A stretch of DNA of 63,127 nt, counting the filler, from Craspedostauros australis (Eukaryota), in NCBI GenBank assembly GCA_030167865.1. It is 11 parts of 11 records of this genome, joined end to end, with 100 filler letters (N's around TTAATTAATTAA, not from the genome) between each part and the next. Parts side by side here need not be neighbours in the genome. Positions count along the whole stretch, not along the records: positions 32,288 to 45,470 come from JALAGF010006286.1; positions 45,571 to 47,079 come from JALAGF010006289.1; 9 more parts are not named here. The stretch is one strand, 5' to 3'. Position 1 is the stretch's first letter. Each line of letters starts with the position of its first letter. The notes beneath the pieces are model-generated. The model did not search any database. It saw only the letters and a program-made list of their open reading frames with translations, and was not told where the DNA came from. Below are positions 34,978 through 47,179 of the stretch, in pieces. Made by a program: the position numbers and the translations under genes.

Positions 34978-37540
34978 CATGGGCATCGCAAGGACCGTCG
35001 CGAGGGACTATATGTTCGGACACACTGACGACATGGGACTGGGAGTTCCACACCTCCACACCAACCAAGTGGTCGCCCACCTGTCAATGATAATGCGGCA
35101 CTTCGAACTGCCCACAGACACCAGCCGACTACTACGCACGTCCCTGCAACATCTGGAGCTATGGACAGGACTCCCTGGCCAGCTCCAACAGACCGAGACT
35201 GCGTGGAGAGCTTGGACGGCGACCATGTGGTGGCAGGACACGTTCCGATCGGCCACAGAACTGGGCATAGTCATGGCAGAGCAGCGACACCAGACGATGC
35301 CACCGAGGGAAGGAGATGAACCCATTATGCACCTTGCTATACTTGCGGGAGTGCATCGCTCCACACTTGCGCTGGTAAACGTGGCCAGATTGCATCTACG
35401 AGTGCTCTGGTTGTCGGACATTGCCACAGCCCAAGGAGATCAGATTCGGTCCCGCATCCTCCAATGCTCACGTCTGTTGGCTGGGACTACAAGATGGCCA
35501 TCAGTGGGAGGTGTCTCCAAGAAAGCCTGGGAGGCATGGGACCAAGTGTTGGCAGCGCTCGTGGCCATAGACCGACCAGGATGGCACATGCGACACAAAC
35601 TGGGGCCATGGCTGATCACCCCGACAAGGCGCACCACCATCCTGCCGAACGGGACGATCGTACTGCCAGGCCAGGCCGCAGCCGCCAAAGGGCCCGGAGC
35701 AGAGTCAGTCACAGTGGTTGACCGGGCACCAAGACGATTGGGTATGATCATCATATCCAGAGGACGCATATGCAGGCCACCGACTCCAGTCACACTGCGC
35801 GAATGGCTGCGGAGAAAAGGGCCGGTGGCATCGCATATGCTGTCCAACATACAAGTCCGTGGCAGCATCCATCGCCTAGTCCAAGCTATCGCCGCGGGCA
35901 CGTGTTCGGTATGCAGCGATGCATCGGTCAAAAACAACCAAGGGACGGCGGCCACCATTATCCAGCACAACCCAAGCGACGACGCCCACCAAATCGTTGC
36001 AGCGTCAGAAGTTCCGGCCGGGTCGCATGCCACCGACTCCAATCGATCGGAGCTCGCCAGCGTACTAATGACAGTATGGATCATCACCTTGGTAGCAGAA
36101 TGGGCAGGAGTCCAAGGCACGGCGACAATTGCGTGCGACAACAACAGAGCGTTACGAGCGGTCAATCCATCCAGATGGCCGGAACCCAGCAAGCCCGACT
36201 ACGACCTATGGTCTGAGCTGGTTAGATGCCTACGGGGATCTCCAGTGCGGTTCCGTCAGCAAGAGGTTCAAGGCCACGCCGACGAAGACGGCCGGCATGT
36301 GTCAGACTGGGAGAGAATGAATGTGCTCGCCAATGCGCATGCAGGCCACTGCTGGGACACAGCCTTTGCCCAACCTGGGCTGCCCGCCCCCGAGCTTGTC
36401 GTTCCGACCGGAGGATGGCATCTGAGCACGGCGCAAGGCACGGTCTCCGACCTCAACTACTGGACAATATCCAAAGCCCTCCACCGAAACGACATCCGGG
36501 CCAAATGGTGTGACAGATGGGGAAGCAGCCAGCCGACCAAAGTAGACTGGGCGCCTCTGCGCTCCGTCTCACGGAAATGGAAAGGCGGCAAGCGACGCAC
36601 CTTGCTCAAACTCATGACAGGCACCAGCGCCAGCGGTAGGAATATGGCGAGAAGACAACAGGCGAAGTCCAACCGCTGTCCTAGGTGCGGGCTATCCAAG
36701 GACAACTCTCACACCACTATGTGCCCTGGCATATCCAGCCAAGCCCTCTGGGCCAAGGCGTTACAGAAGGTGCGGTCAATTGTGCGACCGCCCACGACGC
36801 CACCGGAAGTCGCCCAGCTGGTATGCACCACCATACAACGCATCACCACTGGCGGTCTCCCCCCATCTGGCATTCGAGACTCCCCCACCAAAGCTATACA
36901 GCTGCAACGAAGCAAGATAGGCTGGACTGCCATGGTCTGGGGAGGGTGGGCCAATCAGTGGAGAACACAAGCGCCGCCCATGGCGCCCCATCGCCGCAGG
37001 CGGACCCCTCAATTGCTCCACGACTGGCAGGCCAGCGTCACCAACACCTTGTGGCACACCGTGCTGGCTCAGTGGCAGGATTGAAATGAGGCCAAAGCAA
37101 CCCTTGCCTCGGACAACATGACTCCAATACTGCTCCAATACTTCCAAGCATTGCGTGCGCTGCCACCGGCCACTGTACCAGCGGTACTACAACCGCTCTG
37201 GGAGCACCCTCCGAGCGCCGAAGCTACCAGCCAGCTCGTTCCGTGGGTCCAAGCCTCGCGTCAGGGCCTAGGCGACTCCGCCCCGCCGGCCGACAAGGTG
37301 CTGGTAAACTGGATGCGCAACCACAGCCGACAAAGCCGCGCCCGGGAACCGGACGGCGCAATGAGAGCCCCACCGCCGCATGTACCCAGCTCAAACCAGC
37401 AACAGCTTCCCAATACACCGACGCAACACCCATGCATCCGTTCCCGCTACGTGCCGACACGTAAAATAAACGAGGCGGAATCAAAGCGCCCCCAGCGCAT
37501 GACTTAACAGTTATAATCAGTGTGATATATATACATTGAT
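34978..37540 (+). mobile_element. 5'-truncated non-LTR retrotransposon (RT tail, RNase H, CCHC finger; diatom Ambal-like by architecture)
   Basis: GLGVPHL, LWLSDIAT, CSDAS..RSEL..IACDN..VQGHAD..NVLAN, CPRC..H..C; in-frame TGA at 37082 then same frame continues to 37507. Confidence 0.88.
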
Positions 37541-37884
37541 CTCGATGATTCAAGTGAGTTTTGAATCAGCAGTGATTCGTGAGTGAGAGTGGGAGAAGGA
37601 GGGAGAATAGGGGTTTTCCGTATTTGTAGGACGAAGGTTTCGCGCCAAAATTGAAGCGCCAAAAACAATTTGATGGTGCGACACAGGATGCACTAAGTGA
37701 AAAGTAGTCTGTTCTCTAGATGAACTTCAACTATGGGGGTGCTTGATGGATCACATCAGCGCTCACCAAGGAAGAGAGCAACAGACACCAAACTTTAGAA
37801 TTGCATATATAAACTCCATATGATGCTGCAATGGAAAGATGAGTACAGTAACACGTAGACGAGCTAAGTCCGGAGAGTTTAACT

Positions 37885-38280
37885 TTGGTTGACGCTGTTT
37901 TTGGCCTGTTTTTGTTCCGGACTTACGTAGAAAATGTACTTCATTCTACAGACCATTTTTTTGTGATCCAAACATTGCCAAACATCGCCAATTTGTTTGG
38001 CGACAGCCGGCTCTTTGAGGCACTAGCGGAGGAGCTTTCGAGAGCACTTCGGGTTGGGGAGGGCCAAAAGTGCTTTCGAAAGCACCAAGGTGCTTTTGAA
38101 GGCACGTTTCGGGGTGTCCAAATCACAAAAAAAACAGGCCCAAACGCAAACATGACACCCCACTGCGTGAAAACAACACTGCAATGTAAACATCAAACTA
38201 AAGACGAGGCGAGAGTCCTTTCGAAAGCGCTTTGGGGGGGGTCCGAGAGGGCCAAAAGTGCTTTCGAAAGCACCTCCGCT
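37885..38280. repeat. Cluster of palindromic GTGCTTTCGAAAGCAC motifs; MITE-like
   Basis: Perfect palindromes at 38070-38085 and 38258-38273 within a 28-bp direct repeat; degenerate copies at 38032, 38090, 38215. Confidence 0.7.
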
Positions 38281-38687
38281 AAGAACACCAAGAATCAAAA
38301 CTCCGCAAGTGGTGTTATCGCTTACTGGCATGCTGCATTTTACATTCTGTGCAGGTCATAGTGTTGCCGCTCACAGGCTCGATGCATTCTCCGTTGGAAG
38401 CAGGTCGTACGACTGTGGATGCCAACAGCACAAATGGGAGAGTCTGACCCTGTGCGCCTCATGTGCATGTTCCGCACCGCGCTACTCTGTGCTGCCTTTC
38501 GTCACATAAGCCAAAAGCCGCAAACGACAGAGCGAGCCGTCGATACTCTTGTTCTCATCTGCAATCGCTGGCGCATAGAGCTGGAAGTTGATCATCAAAG
38601 GTGCTTCTGACACGAGCAGGCACCTCGAATCCTGGTATTGCTTGGCAACCACAGGAGTCTTCGCAACGAAGACCGCAGAGAGGGGAC

Positions 38688-41600
38688 ATGAGCTCCACCA
38701 ACGACGACGAGAACGAGAACGAGACAGCCACGAACTCTTTCGCAAGATCGGGTGATCGATCTCCGCGCAGCAGGCGCCAAGGCAACAACCCAACACGGGT
38801 CGGAATGAGCCAGCAATGGAGCAGCGCAGCCGCTACGAATGATGCGCATGCTGGTGACATCACAATCGCCACCGATGGAACGGCCAAGGATTCAATGACG
38901 ACGGGCAACTCGCAGCTCATCACAGCTGCTGCTGCTACGATTGCTGCGTCTGCACCAAATCCAGGATTGGCCAGACGACGCCCTCCTCTGTCCCCTGTTC
39001 GACCCCGAAATTCCAACGCAGAGGTTGGTCATGAAGCTCCAATCATGGCGGAAGACAGCCATGATGTATTGAATACAGACATGGGCAGGGACATGGACCG
39101 GGATATTGAAGCTCGTGCAGGCATCGATGCTGCCACTGCGCCTTTTGCCGCCGGCGTTGATGCGACGGACGACGATTCGAAGCAGCCCGCTCAACCGCGC
39201 AATTCTGACCATCGACGACAGGCGATGGCCATTGCGGCGCAGGATGTCGATCTGCTCTCGCAGACTCTGGTGCGCAGCGCCCGGTCACGTCGCGCCGCCG
39301 CAATCCACGCCTACAGCCGACAGATGTCTGGAGATGACAATCGCTCGCATGTCACCAACGATGCCAACACGGCAGTCACCATTGCATCCATCGTCAAGGC
39401 ACAGCAGAAATCAGCGGGCGGTGACGGCTCCAACACGCGATCCAGCGGCGACGCCCAAACGCTCAACAGCACACCCATGAGCATCACGATGCGATCACCG
39501 GTCGTGCGCGGCACAGGACCTCAAGGGAAGAGCGCGCAGAACAGGTTCGATCAAATATCTCAGCTTATGGCTGCCGAGGCTCGACCGCCAGCCAATCTCA
39601 GCAGGGTTAGTACCGACGGCAGCATCTGGAGGCACGCCAACGGGAAAGCAATCACCATCAGAGGCAGCGGTTCAACTCGAGAGAGCGGAAGCACCAGCGT
39701 GAAGGGCAGTCAGGTGGATAGCACGCAAGAGAGTCAACGAGGCAGCCAACGTAGCAGTGAACGTAGCAGCGAACACAGCAAGTACAAGACCAGCCTCCGC
39801 AGCAGCGCTGGAGACAAGGACGGAACCCCTCAGCTGAATGATGAATCCTTCACCTACCCCGACAAAGGCAGTTCATCCCTTCACAAGCCAAAATTTTCGC
39901 AGAAAAGGCACCCGAAAGATTCGTCCAGCAAATCACTGCGAGTACCCGACGCGAGCCTACCGCTGAGATCTCGCCAGGGGAATATTCGCAACTTTCGCAA
40001 CGTCCGTACAGGTGGAAATTCAAGTGGCGAGGATGACGACGGTGGCAAGAGCGAGTTTGTCACTGCTACAACCATCACTTCTAGTACGTCCATCGGTGCC
40101 TTCAGCGTCACCCCCAAAGTGGTCGGGAATGCGAACGGTGATGGCACGCAGGAGACGCGGGAGATCTCACTGCGCGATTCCTATCAGCAGGAGCAACTCT
40201 CGACTTCCCAGCAGCAACAGCCCCATCCCAGCAACCCCACGCTCGTCGCCGAGCTGGCCCCTACGCCGGAGGAAATCCGTAATGCATTCCGGGAAGAAAT
40301 TGAAGAAGAGTTTCAGAAGCGGGTGAATCAAGAAGTGCAGCAGAGAATGGGCGTCCAGGTCGTGGTCCCTGGCGTCGATGCGTACATCGCGGACGCCATC
40401 CAGGTAGAACCAGCGGGTGGCGATGCAAATGACTATGAAAGTGGACGTGGCGGCGACGGGTTGAAGGGATACGCGAACGAACCCAGAAATGCTGTCAAAC
40501 TACTTTGCTGTGTCATGGATAGAAGGATGGTCATTGCCGTGACAACGATCGTGATCGCAGTTGCTGTGGCACTCGTCGTCGTCTCGCAAGGCGGTGGCAC
40601 CACCAAGACCAGTCAGATCAATCCAACTCCGTTGCCAACTCCAGGGCCAACTCCAGGGCCAACTGCGCTGCCGTCCGAGACACCAACAGTCTTGGTTCAG
40701 CCTGATGATTTTCACACCATGGTGGACATTCTTGCTCCGTTGCTCTCAGAACTTCCCACCTTCCTGGACCCGGTCACCTTCAATGACACGGAGTCCCTGC
40801 CACATGAAATACTTGATTGGATGGTCAACGTCGATACCTACAGCAAAACCATTCTCACCAACGATACCGCGCTGATGCCCTTCATTCTTCTGGAAAGGTA
40901 CTGTATCGTGAGCATGTACCGCCAGTGGAATGGACCAGAATGGAGGTTCCAGCGAAATTTCCTGACACCCACGTCAGTGTGCGATTGGAACGAACAACCC
41001 GAAGGTGAATTGTATGGCGTGATCTGCGATTCGCAAGGGCGAGTGATACAGCTCAGTCTTTCCAACCATGGTCTGATGGGGCCCATTCCTGAGGAGGTGT
41101 ACCATCTGGTCAGATTGGAATGGCTCAAGCTTCCCGCCAACAACATCCAAGGCAGCATATCCACTCACATCGGCAATTTGGAAAGGTTGATTGATGTCTT
41201 AATCGGGCCTTCGCAGATGACAGGAACGATTCCCACCGAAGTTGGCCTGCTCCCGGACCTTGAGGCCTTCGAAGTTTATGATTCGTTTCTCAATGGAACG
41301 ATCCCGACGGAGTTTGGAAACAACCGGAAGCTGGAAGCTATTGCTATGCACAAAAATGCTTTGACTGGGGTGCTTCCAGTTGAACTGGCCACACTATCGA
41401 AGCTAGTCGTTTTCGCACTGTACAGCAACAGGCTCACAGGAACGGTGCCCATCGAGTACAGGGCGTTGTCGAACCTCGAGAGGTTTGAAATTCCTGAGAA
41501 TTTTATCACCGGCAGTGTGGATCCCATCTTCTGCGAGGATTTCAGCGTCATCCCCAACATGCAAGTGTTGGCAATGGATTGTACAGGATCCACCCTCGAT

Positions 41601-41900
41601 GGCAGTCTGCTCTCGTACACTGTATGCTCGTGCTGCACGGTTTGCTGCAATCCGTATGCCAAGGAATGCGAGTGGAGAGAGCCACTGGTCCCCAAGTGCG
41701 AAGCTGGCGGCTGCGTCGCTTGCGACGTTAGCGTGATGGAGTTGTCATGCGGTGAATGTCCCTACATCGATGACGATGGCTCAATTTCGTACGATCTAGG
41801 TTCGGGCGCAATGAACGGTTGGACGCAGCTATGCTTGGGAGCATGCAACCGCAACCCCAGGACCGGCATCTGCGAACTGCGGACGGAGTTTGGATTGTGA
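38688..41900 (+). CDS. LRR receptor-like membrane protein (long disordered N-terminus, one TM, P/T stalk, LRR N-cap, plant-type LRRs, Cys-rich C-terminus)
   Basis: TM MVIAVTTIVIAVAVALVVVS; VCDW..GVIC cap; LxLxxNxLxGxIPxE repeats; CSCCTVCC; first ATG at 38688. Confidence 0.92.
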   Translation: MSSTNDDENENETATNSFARSGDRSPRSRRQGNNPTRVGMSQQWSSAAATNDAHAGDITIATDGTAKDSMTTGNSQLITAAAATIAASAPNPGLARRRPPLSPVRPRNSNAEVGHEAPIMAEDSHDVLNTDMGRDMDRDIEARAGIDAATAPFAAGVDATDDDSKQPAQPRNSDHRRQAMAIAAQDVDLLSQTLVRSARSRRAAAIHAYSRQMSGDDNRSHVTNDANTAVTIASIVKAQQKSAGGDGSNTRSSGDAQTLNSTPMSITMRSPVVRGTGPQGKSAQNRFDQISQLMAAEARPPANLSRVSTDGSIWRHANGKAITIRGSGSTRESGSTSVKGSQVDSTQESQRGSQRSSERSSEHSKYKTSLRSSAGDKDGTPQLNDESFTYPDKGSSSLHKPKFSQKRHPKDSSSKSLRVPDASLPLRSRQGNIRNFRNVRTGGNSSGEDDDGGKSEFVTATTITSSTSIGAFSVTPKVVGNANGDGTQETREISLRDSYQQEQLSTSQQQQPHPSNPTLVAELAPTPEEIRNAFREEIEEEFQKRVNQEVQQRMGVQVVVPGVDAYIADAIQVEPAGGDANDYESGRGGDGLKGYANEPRNAVKLLCCVMDRRMVIAVTTIVIAVAVALVVVSQGGGTTKTSQINPTPLPTPGPTPGPTALPSETPTVLVQPDDFHTMVDILAPLLSELPTFLDPVTFNDTESLPHEILDWMVNVDTYSKTILTNDTALMPFILLERYCIVSMYRQWNGPEWRFQRNFLTPTSVCDWNEQPEGELYGVICDSQGRVIQLSLSNHGLMGPIPEEVYHLVRLEWLKLPANNIQGSISTHIGNLERLIDVLIGPSQMTGTIPTEVGLLPDLEAFEVYDSFLNGTIPTEFGNNRKLEAIAMHKNALTGVLPVELATLSKLVVFALYSNRLTGTVPIEYRALSNLERFEIPENFITGSVDPIFCEDFSVIPNMQVLAMDCTGSTLDGSLLSYTVCSCCTVCCNPYAKECEWREPLVPKCEAGGCVACDVSVMELSCGECPYIDDDGSISYDLGSGAMNGWTQLCLGACNRNPRTGICELRTEFGL

Positions 41901-42080
41901 ATGGCGACAGGCACAGATGCAAATGTGAAGGTATAAAATAATGGATACGAATGTATTGCAGATGACAATGGCAATGACGCTAAGCTCGCGGCAAGTTGGA
42001 CTTGGTCAGAGATCTGGTGGATCACCGCAAGTAAATGCACCACTCGATTCCTCGAGGCTCTGCCAACAAATTGGCACCTC

Positions 42081-42330
42081 GGGGAGCTGAGTTGTCTCGG
42101 CAACTTGCGCAACGCAAAAAAGGGCGCCAAGGTGACGTCATCCATATGTTGAATCGTGTCAAATGTGGAAGTCTGGCCGTCAGCGGTGCGAACACATTCC
42201 GAACGTGTTCTTTTCTCTTTGTTGACGACGCCAAGAGCACACGGAACTTCAACTCCATGACCGCCATCGAGTCACGGTGTCGCTTCGCGCACGCCTTTGT
42301 TCACCGGTTTAATTCACGTGTGACATCCCC
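42081..42330 (+). repeat. Duplicate of 33330-33578, upstream of the second LRR gene
   Basis: See partner. Confidence 0.9.
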
Positions 42331-42714
42331 GTGCGTGTAAGAATGACAAAAACGCACCAACAACAACACAACAGAAGACCATTGCACACATCACAACACA
42401 AGAGACAGGCCAACGACGCCACTCGGCGGAATGCCTGTTTGGCGACAAGAGTTACTCTGCTCGATCTGGCAACACAAACAACGAAGGAAAGCCAGGGAAC
42501 GAGAGGCCGGAACCACACCACGAACGTTGCTGACCAACGGATAGAGAGCGCACCACCATCCATTTCTCCTGTAAATACCTGATAAGGACAATACAACTAC
42601 TATTACACCGGACGATCACTCTGCATCTTGGCATGGACCAACACACAACGGGCGACTGTAAACAATCCGACTGCATTCTTGTGAGCCCAAGCGTACAAGG
42701 GAGCAATCGGAACG

Positions 42715-45470
42715 ATGGAGGGAGATGGCATCAGGAACGGTGGATGGGGCAATGGCTCCATAAACGATGATCATGTGAACGAACATGCACGTGACTATGC
42801 AGACGAGTACGAGCATGAGTACGAGCATGAGTTTGGGCGTGGCGACGAGCAGCATCATCATCATCAGCAGCAGCAGGGAGACACTGTCGCGAATCAAAAC
42901 GCAACGCGGGTCGCATACCCAAGATCATCATCGCTGACAGCAGGTCAGGTGCTAGCGTTGGTGGCAGACGAAGACTTCGCTTCAGTCATGTCGGAAGAAT
43001 CGTTTGCTCGTCAAGCTGAGAGGTCGCGTGGAGACCATGCTAACGATTCTAATCAAGGTGTGGCTTCGACCCCGGATGGAAGCAGATCGGTTGGGGGCGA
43101 TCAGCCATCATGGTCAACGAATCAAATGACGCAGCAACCAGATGAGCGAGAGCATCACCCAGTTGCAAACGCGAGATCAACCACCAACCACGGTGCTACT
43201 CATGGACAAACGAGCTCTGCGCGGTTCGAACCGCAGAGAAGAACATCGTCGCTCACTGCGGGACAGATCTTGGCCTTGGTGGGTGATGAGGATCTAGCTG
43301 CACTCGTGAGCGATGATGATGATGGTGACGATGATGCGGAGGAAGCTGGTGGCGCAATTCCCTCTCCGCAAGAACACCTACAAGTCCATGTCAATAGGCA
43401 GGATGCCAGTGTTGATGACGGCGAGGCTGGCAGCGGCGGAGACCCCTGTGATGAAGAAAGCACCGACCATGGCAGCCAAACACGAGTGAACAAGAAGGAG
43501 AAGGAGCCTGAAGACATCGATGCGGACATGTCCATCAAAGACCACACACTTGCAGATGAGAATGAGGACAGTCGTACTCATCCACACATTCAAAAGATGC
43601 AACCATCCAAAAAGCATCCCACGGATCCCAGGAAGATGATTCTGGATGATCCAAAACCAATCAAAGCGACCGATGAACCCAAAAAGGTCGCCTTCCTCGG
43701 AGCTGGCGACAACAAGAGCAAGACGCAAGATCCGCAGGATGGGCCAGAAATCGATGACTTCCTGCATCATTCCATCCTTCGAGACCCGAACACGACCGAT
43801 CTGCCCAGTGCCACCTTGGGCGATTCTGTCATGTCACCGAGTGTCGTCTCGGCACTCTCCAGTCATGCTGAAGCCATCCACCACGATAGTCAAACCTCGC
43901 AGGATGCAGGCAGCGAGACTGGCACTCAAGACGAAACCAGCGTTCCCCAAACAGCAAGCGTCGGTGCATTCCGCGTTTCTTCGTCATTCCAACCACCTGA
44001 GAATGACGACGTGGAGACTCTGTCCACACAGTCAGCTCGACTGCAGCAAGCTAACGATCCTGCTGTTGTCGCCGAGCTGGCGCCTACGAGAGACGAGATG
44101 AGGGATGAGTTCCGGGAAGAGTTGGAACGCGAAATGGAAGACCGGCTTGATCGTGAAATTCAGGAGCGCATGACGACGAACATCGTGCTCGCAGAATCCG
44201 TTCGTCCCGTTGAACCAAATCATCACGAGGACGGTGATGGTGATGGCGATGGTGATGATGACCCAGATGGTGATGGGGAGATGAGAGTCAGGAAGACCGA
44301 CGACGATAGTGGCAAGTGGAAAACACTGGGGCAGAAGGGACGGTGGATGGCTTTTGGTGTGGTACTGATCTGTTTGATCATTGTCGCGGTTGTCATCGGC
44401 GTCATCGTGGGTGGCAGCGACGGTGGCAACGACGGTGGCAGTGACGGTGGCAGTGACTCTGGCGCTTCAACCTCTGCCAGTGATGGCCCATCGACAGCAT
44501 CTCCAACAGCGCAGGTCGGCACATCCTTCCCAACCCTCACGCCGTCCAGCTTTCCCACCACTCCATTCCCGTCCGCCATACCCACGCCAATGCCAACACA
44601 GACCGATGACTTCTTCATGATGCGTGACAGGCTCCATCCCTTGCTCGAAGACCCTCCCGCCTCACTCAATCTGTCCGTCTTTGATGACCCAGATTCCATC
44701 CCGTATCGAGTGCTCGATTGGATGGCAAATGATGATCCTGAGAGCAAGGCAATCATGGCGAATGAAGCTGATATGGATATGGATGTGGATGTGGATATGA
44801 ATATGGATGTGAATGCGAATGAGTATCTGCTGGACAGATACATAATGGCGAGCATGTATTATTCGTGGGATGGTCCGAATTGGCCAGATCAGATGGGATT
44901 TCTGTCCAACACGACCATTTGCAGTTGGAAGGGCCCTGAAAATCGAGGAGTCACCTGCAACGATGATGGATTTGTGGATAGGATCTATTTCGAGAAAAGT
45001 GGGCTGAGCGGTCCTTTCCCAAATGAGTTCTTCCAGATCAGGCGCTGGACGTACATCATTCTCCGCAATGATGCCATCACAGGCACGATCCCCAGCTCCA
45101 TATCTCCAAGCCTCGTTCAACTTGATCTGGCTCTGCAACAGCTCACTGGGAGCATTCCAACTGAAGTGGGGTTGCTCACGTATATGCAGCACTTCTCAGT
45201 CCTCGAAAATTCTCTGAATGGTACCATCCCCACGGAGTTTGGGAATTGCACGAGCCTTATTCTGTTGCAGATGTTTCGCAACTACTTGAGCGGACAGATC
45301 CCATCCGAACTGGGATCATTACCCGCCATCGACACTCTGCAGGTCTACAACAATACGCTGACTGGCACCGTACCAACAGAACTTGGACAATTGAGCACGT
45401 TGCGGATCTTTGAATTTCCAGAGAACTACATCATCGGAGACATCGATCCGATCTTTTGCTCAGCTTCCAG
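42715..45470 (+). CDS. LRR receptor-like membrane protein paralog (3'-truncated by scaffold end)
   Basis: VGAFRV and VVAELAPT motifs shared with 38688; TM FGVVLICLIIVAVVIGVIV; ICSW..GVTC; LRRs. Confidence 0.92.
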
Positions 45471-45570
45471 NNNNNNNNNNNNNNNNNNNNNNNNNNNNNN
45501 NNNNNNNNNNNNNNTTAATTAATTAANNNNNNNNNNNNNNNNNNNNNNNNNNNNNNNNNNNNNNNNNNNN

Positions 45571-47079
45571 CCGGTGCGTGGTGCGCTGAGAAGTCGACTC
45601 CTGCGATTTGCGAGTATCCGCATGCCACGAGTCTGGCGCGGAATACCCCGTTTCGCTTTTCCTTGAAGACCCACTTGGTCTTCACGCACCGCCGATTTCT
45701 CGGCATCCGGTCCTTCTTGATCTTTTCCCATACTTTCCTTCTGGCCATATCGTAGAATTCCTTGTTGATGGCTTCTTGCCACTTCTTTCTCTTACTGGGG
45801 TCCGCGTGGTCCCAGCAGTCCTCAAATGTGGTTGGGTCTAGCAGCATAGCGATGCTCGCTAGTTCCATCCCATCCTCATTTCGTTCGTTGTTCAATGCTT
45901 GGTCCGCAGTGATGATATCGTNNNGTCTCATCATTCCGTGAGGTGTATCTATCATCATACCTGCGATATCTCTGTTGAATGTTGACCCGTCCGCGTGGAA
46001 GTCGGGTCCTCCTGTGTCCGATGGGGATGCGATAGTCTCTTGGGGTGTCTTGTACCCTTCGTCTGTATTTGGTTCTGACTCATCGCTCGATTCAAGGTCT
46101 CGCTCCTCCTCTGGAATGGGTTCTTTGTTGTACCCTGCGAGAGCACTCACCATCCTTGGTACGCGTTGCACAGGTTCTNNNNNNNNNNNNNNNNNNNNNN
46201 NNNNNNNNNNNNNNNNNNNNNNNNNNNNAGTGAGGTGACAGGAGACCGAAGGAGAGGTACCTACAGGTCTACGAGTATGATCTTGACGAATGTAGGTGCT
46301 CTCCAATCCTCAACCAAGCAAACGATGAACCACGATGAAAGCAAGATGAAGATGCAGACGAAAGGAGCCAAGCAAAAGGGTGTAACCTCGGGTGGCTACT
46401 GCGGATCATGCTTGTTGCGAATTGGAATCGAAAGGAGATGAGCATGTTATGCTCACAGTTCTAAAACGGTACAGACTGATAACAGATTAGTCTACTACTA
46501 TAACCCCGGATTTCCAACACCGCCGATCTCTCGGCATCTGGTCCTTCTTGATCTTTTCCCATACTTTCCTTCTGGCCATATCGTAGAATTCCTTGTTGAT
46601 GGCTTCTCGCCATTTCTTCCTCTTACTGGGGTCCGCGTGGTCCCAGCAGTCCTCAAATGTGGTTGGGTCCAGTAGCATGGCTATGCTTGCTAGTTCCATC
46701 CCATCCTCATTTGGTTCGTTGTTCAATGCTTGGTCCGCAGTGATGATGTCGTCGAGTCTCATCATTCCGTGAGGTGTATCTATCATCATACCTGCGATAT
46801 CTCTGTTGAATGTTGACCCNTCCGCGTGGAAGTCGGGTCCTCCTGTGTCCGATGGGGATGCGATAGTCTCTTGGGGTGTCTCGTACCCTTCGTCTGTATT
46901 TGGTTCTGACTCATCGCTCGATTCGAGGTCTCGCTCCTCCTCTGGAATGGGTTCTTTGTTGTACCCTGCGAGAGCACTCACCATCCTTGGTACGCGTTGC
47001 ACAGGTTCTGCGATAGGGGTCTGCTCTGGCTCATATTTGGCCTCTTCATTTGCTCTCCCCTCATCGTCCCTTCCGAATT
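45571..47079 (-). mobile_element. Copia pol fragments (IN-RT linker and RT start, two near-identical copies)
   Basis: DPTTFEDCWDH..AINKEF..KWVFKEKRNGVFRARLVACGYSQIAGVDF. Confidence 0.92.
46229..46519 (+). mobile_element. Family A LTR 3' part inserted into Copia RT
   Basis: RT frame MPRDRR is cut by the LTR end (..ccccggatttccaaca). Confidence 0.8.
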
Positions 47080-47179
47080 NNNNNNNNNNNNNNNNNNNNN
47101 NNNNNNNNNNNNNNNNNNNNNNNTTAATTAATTAANNNNNNNNNNNNNNNNNNNNNNNNNNNNNNNNNNNNNNNNNNNN

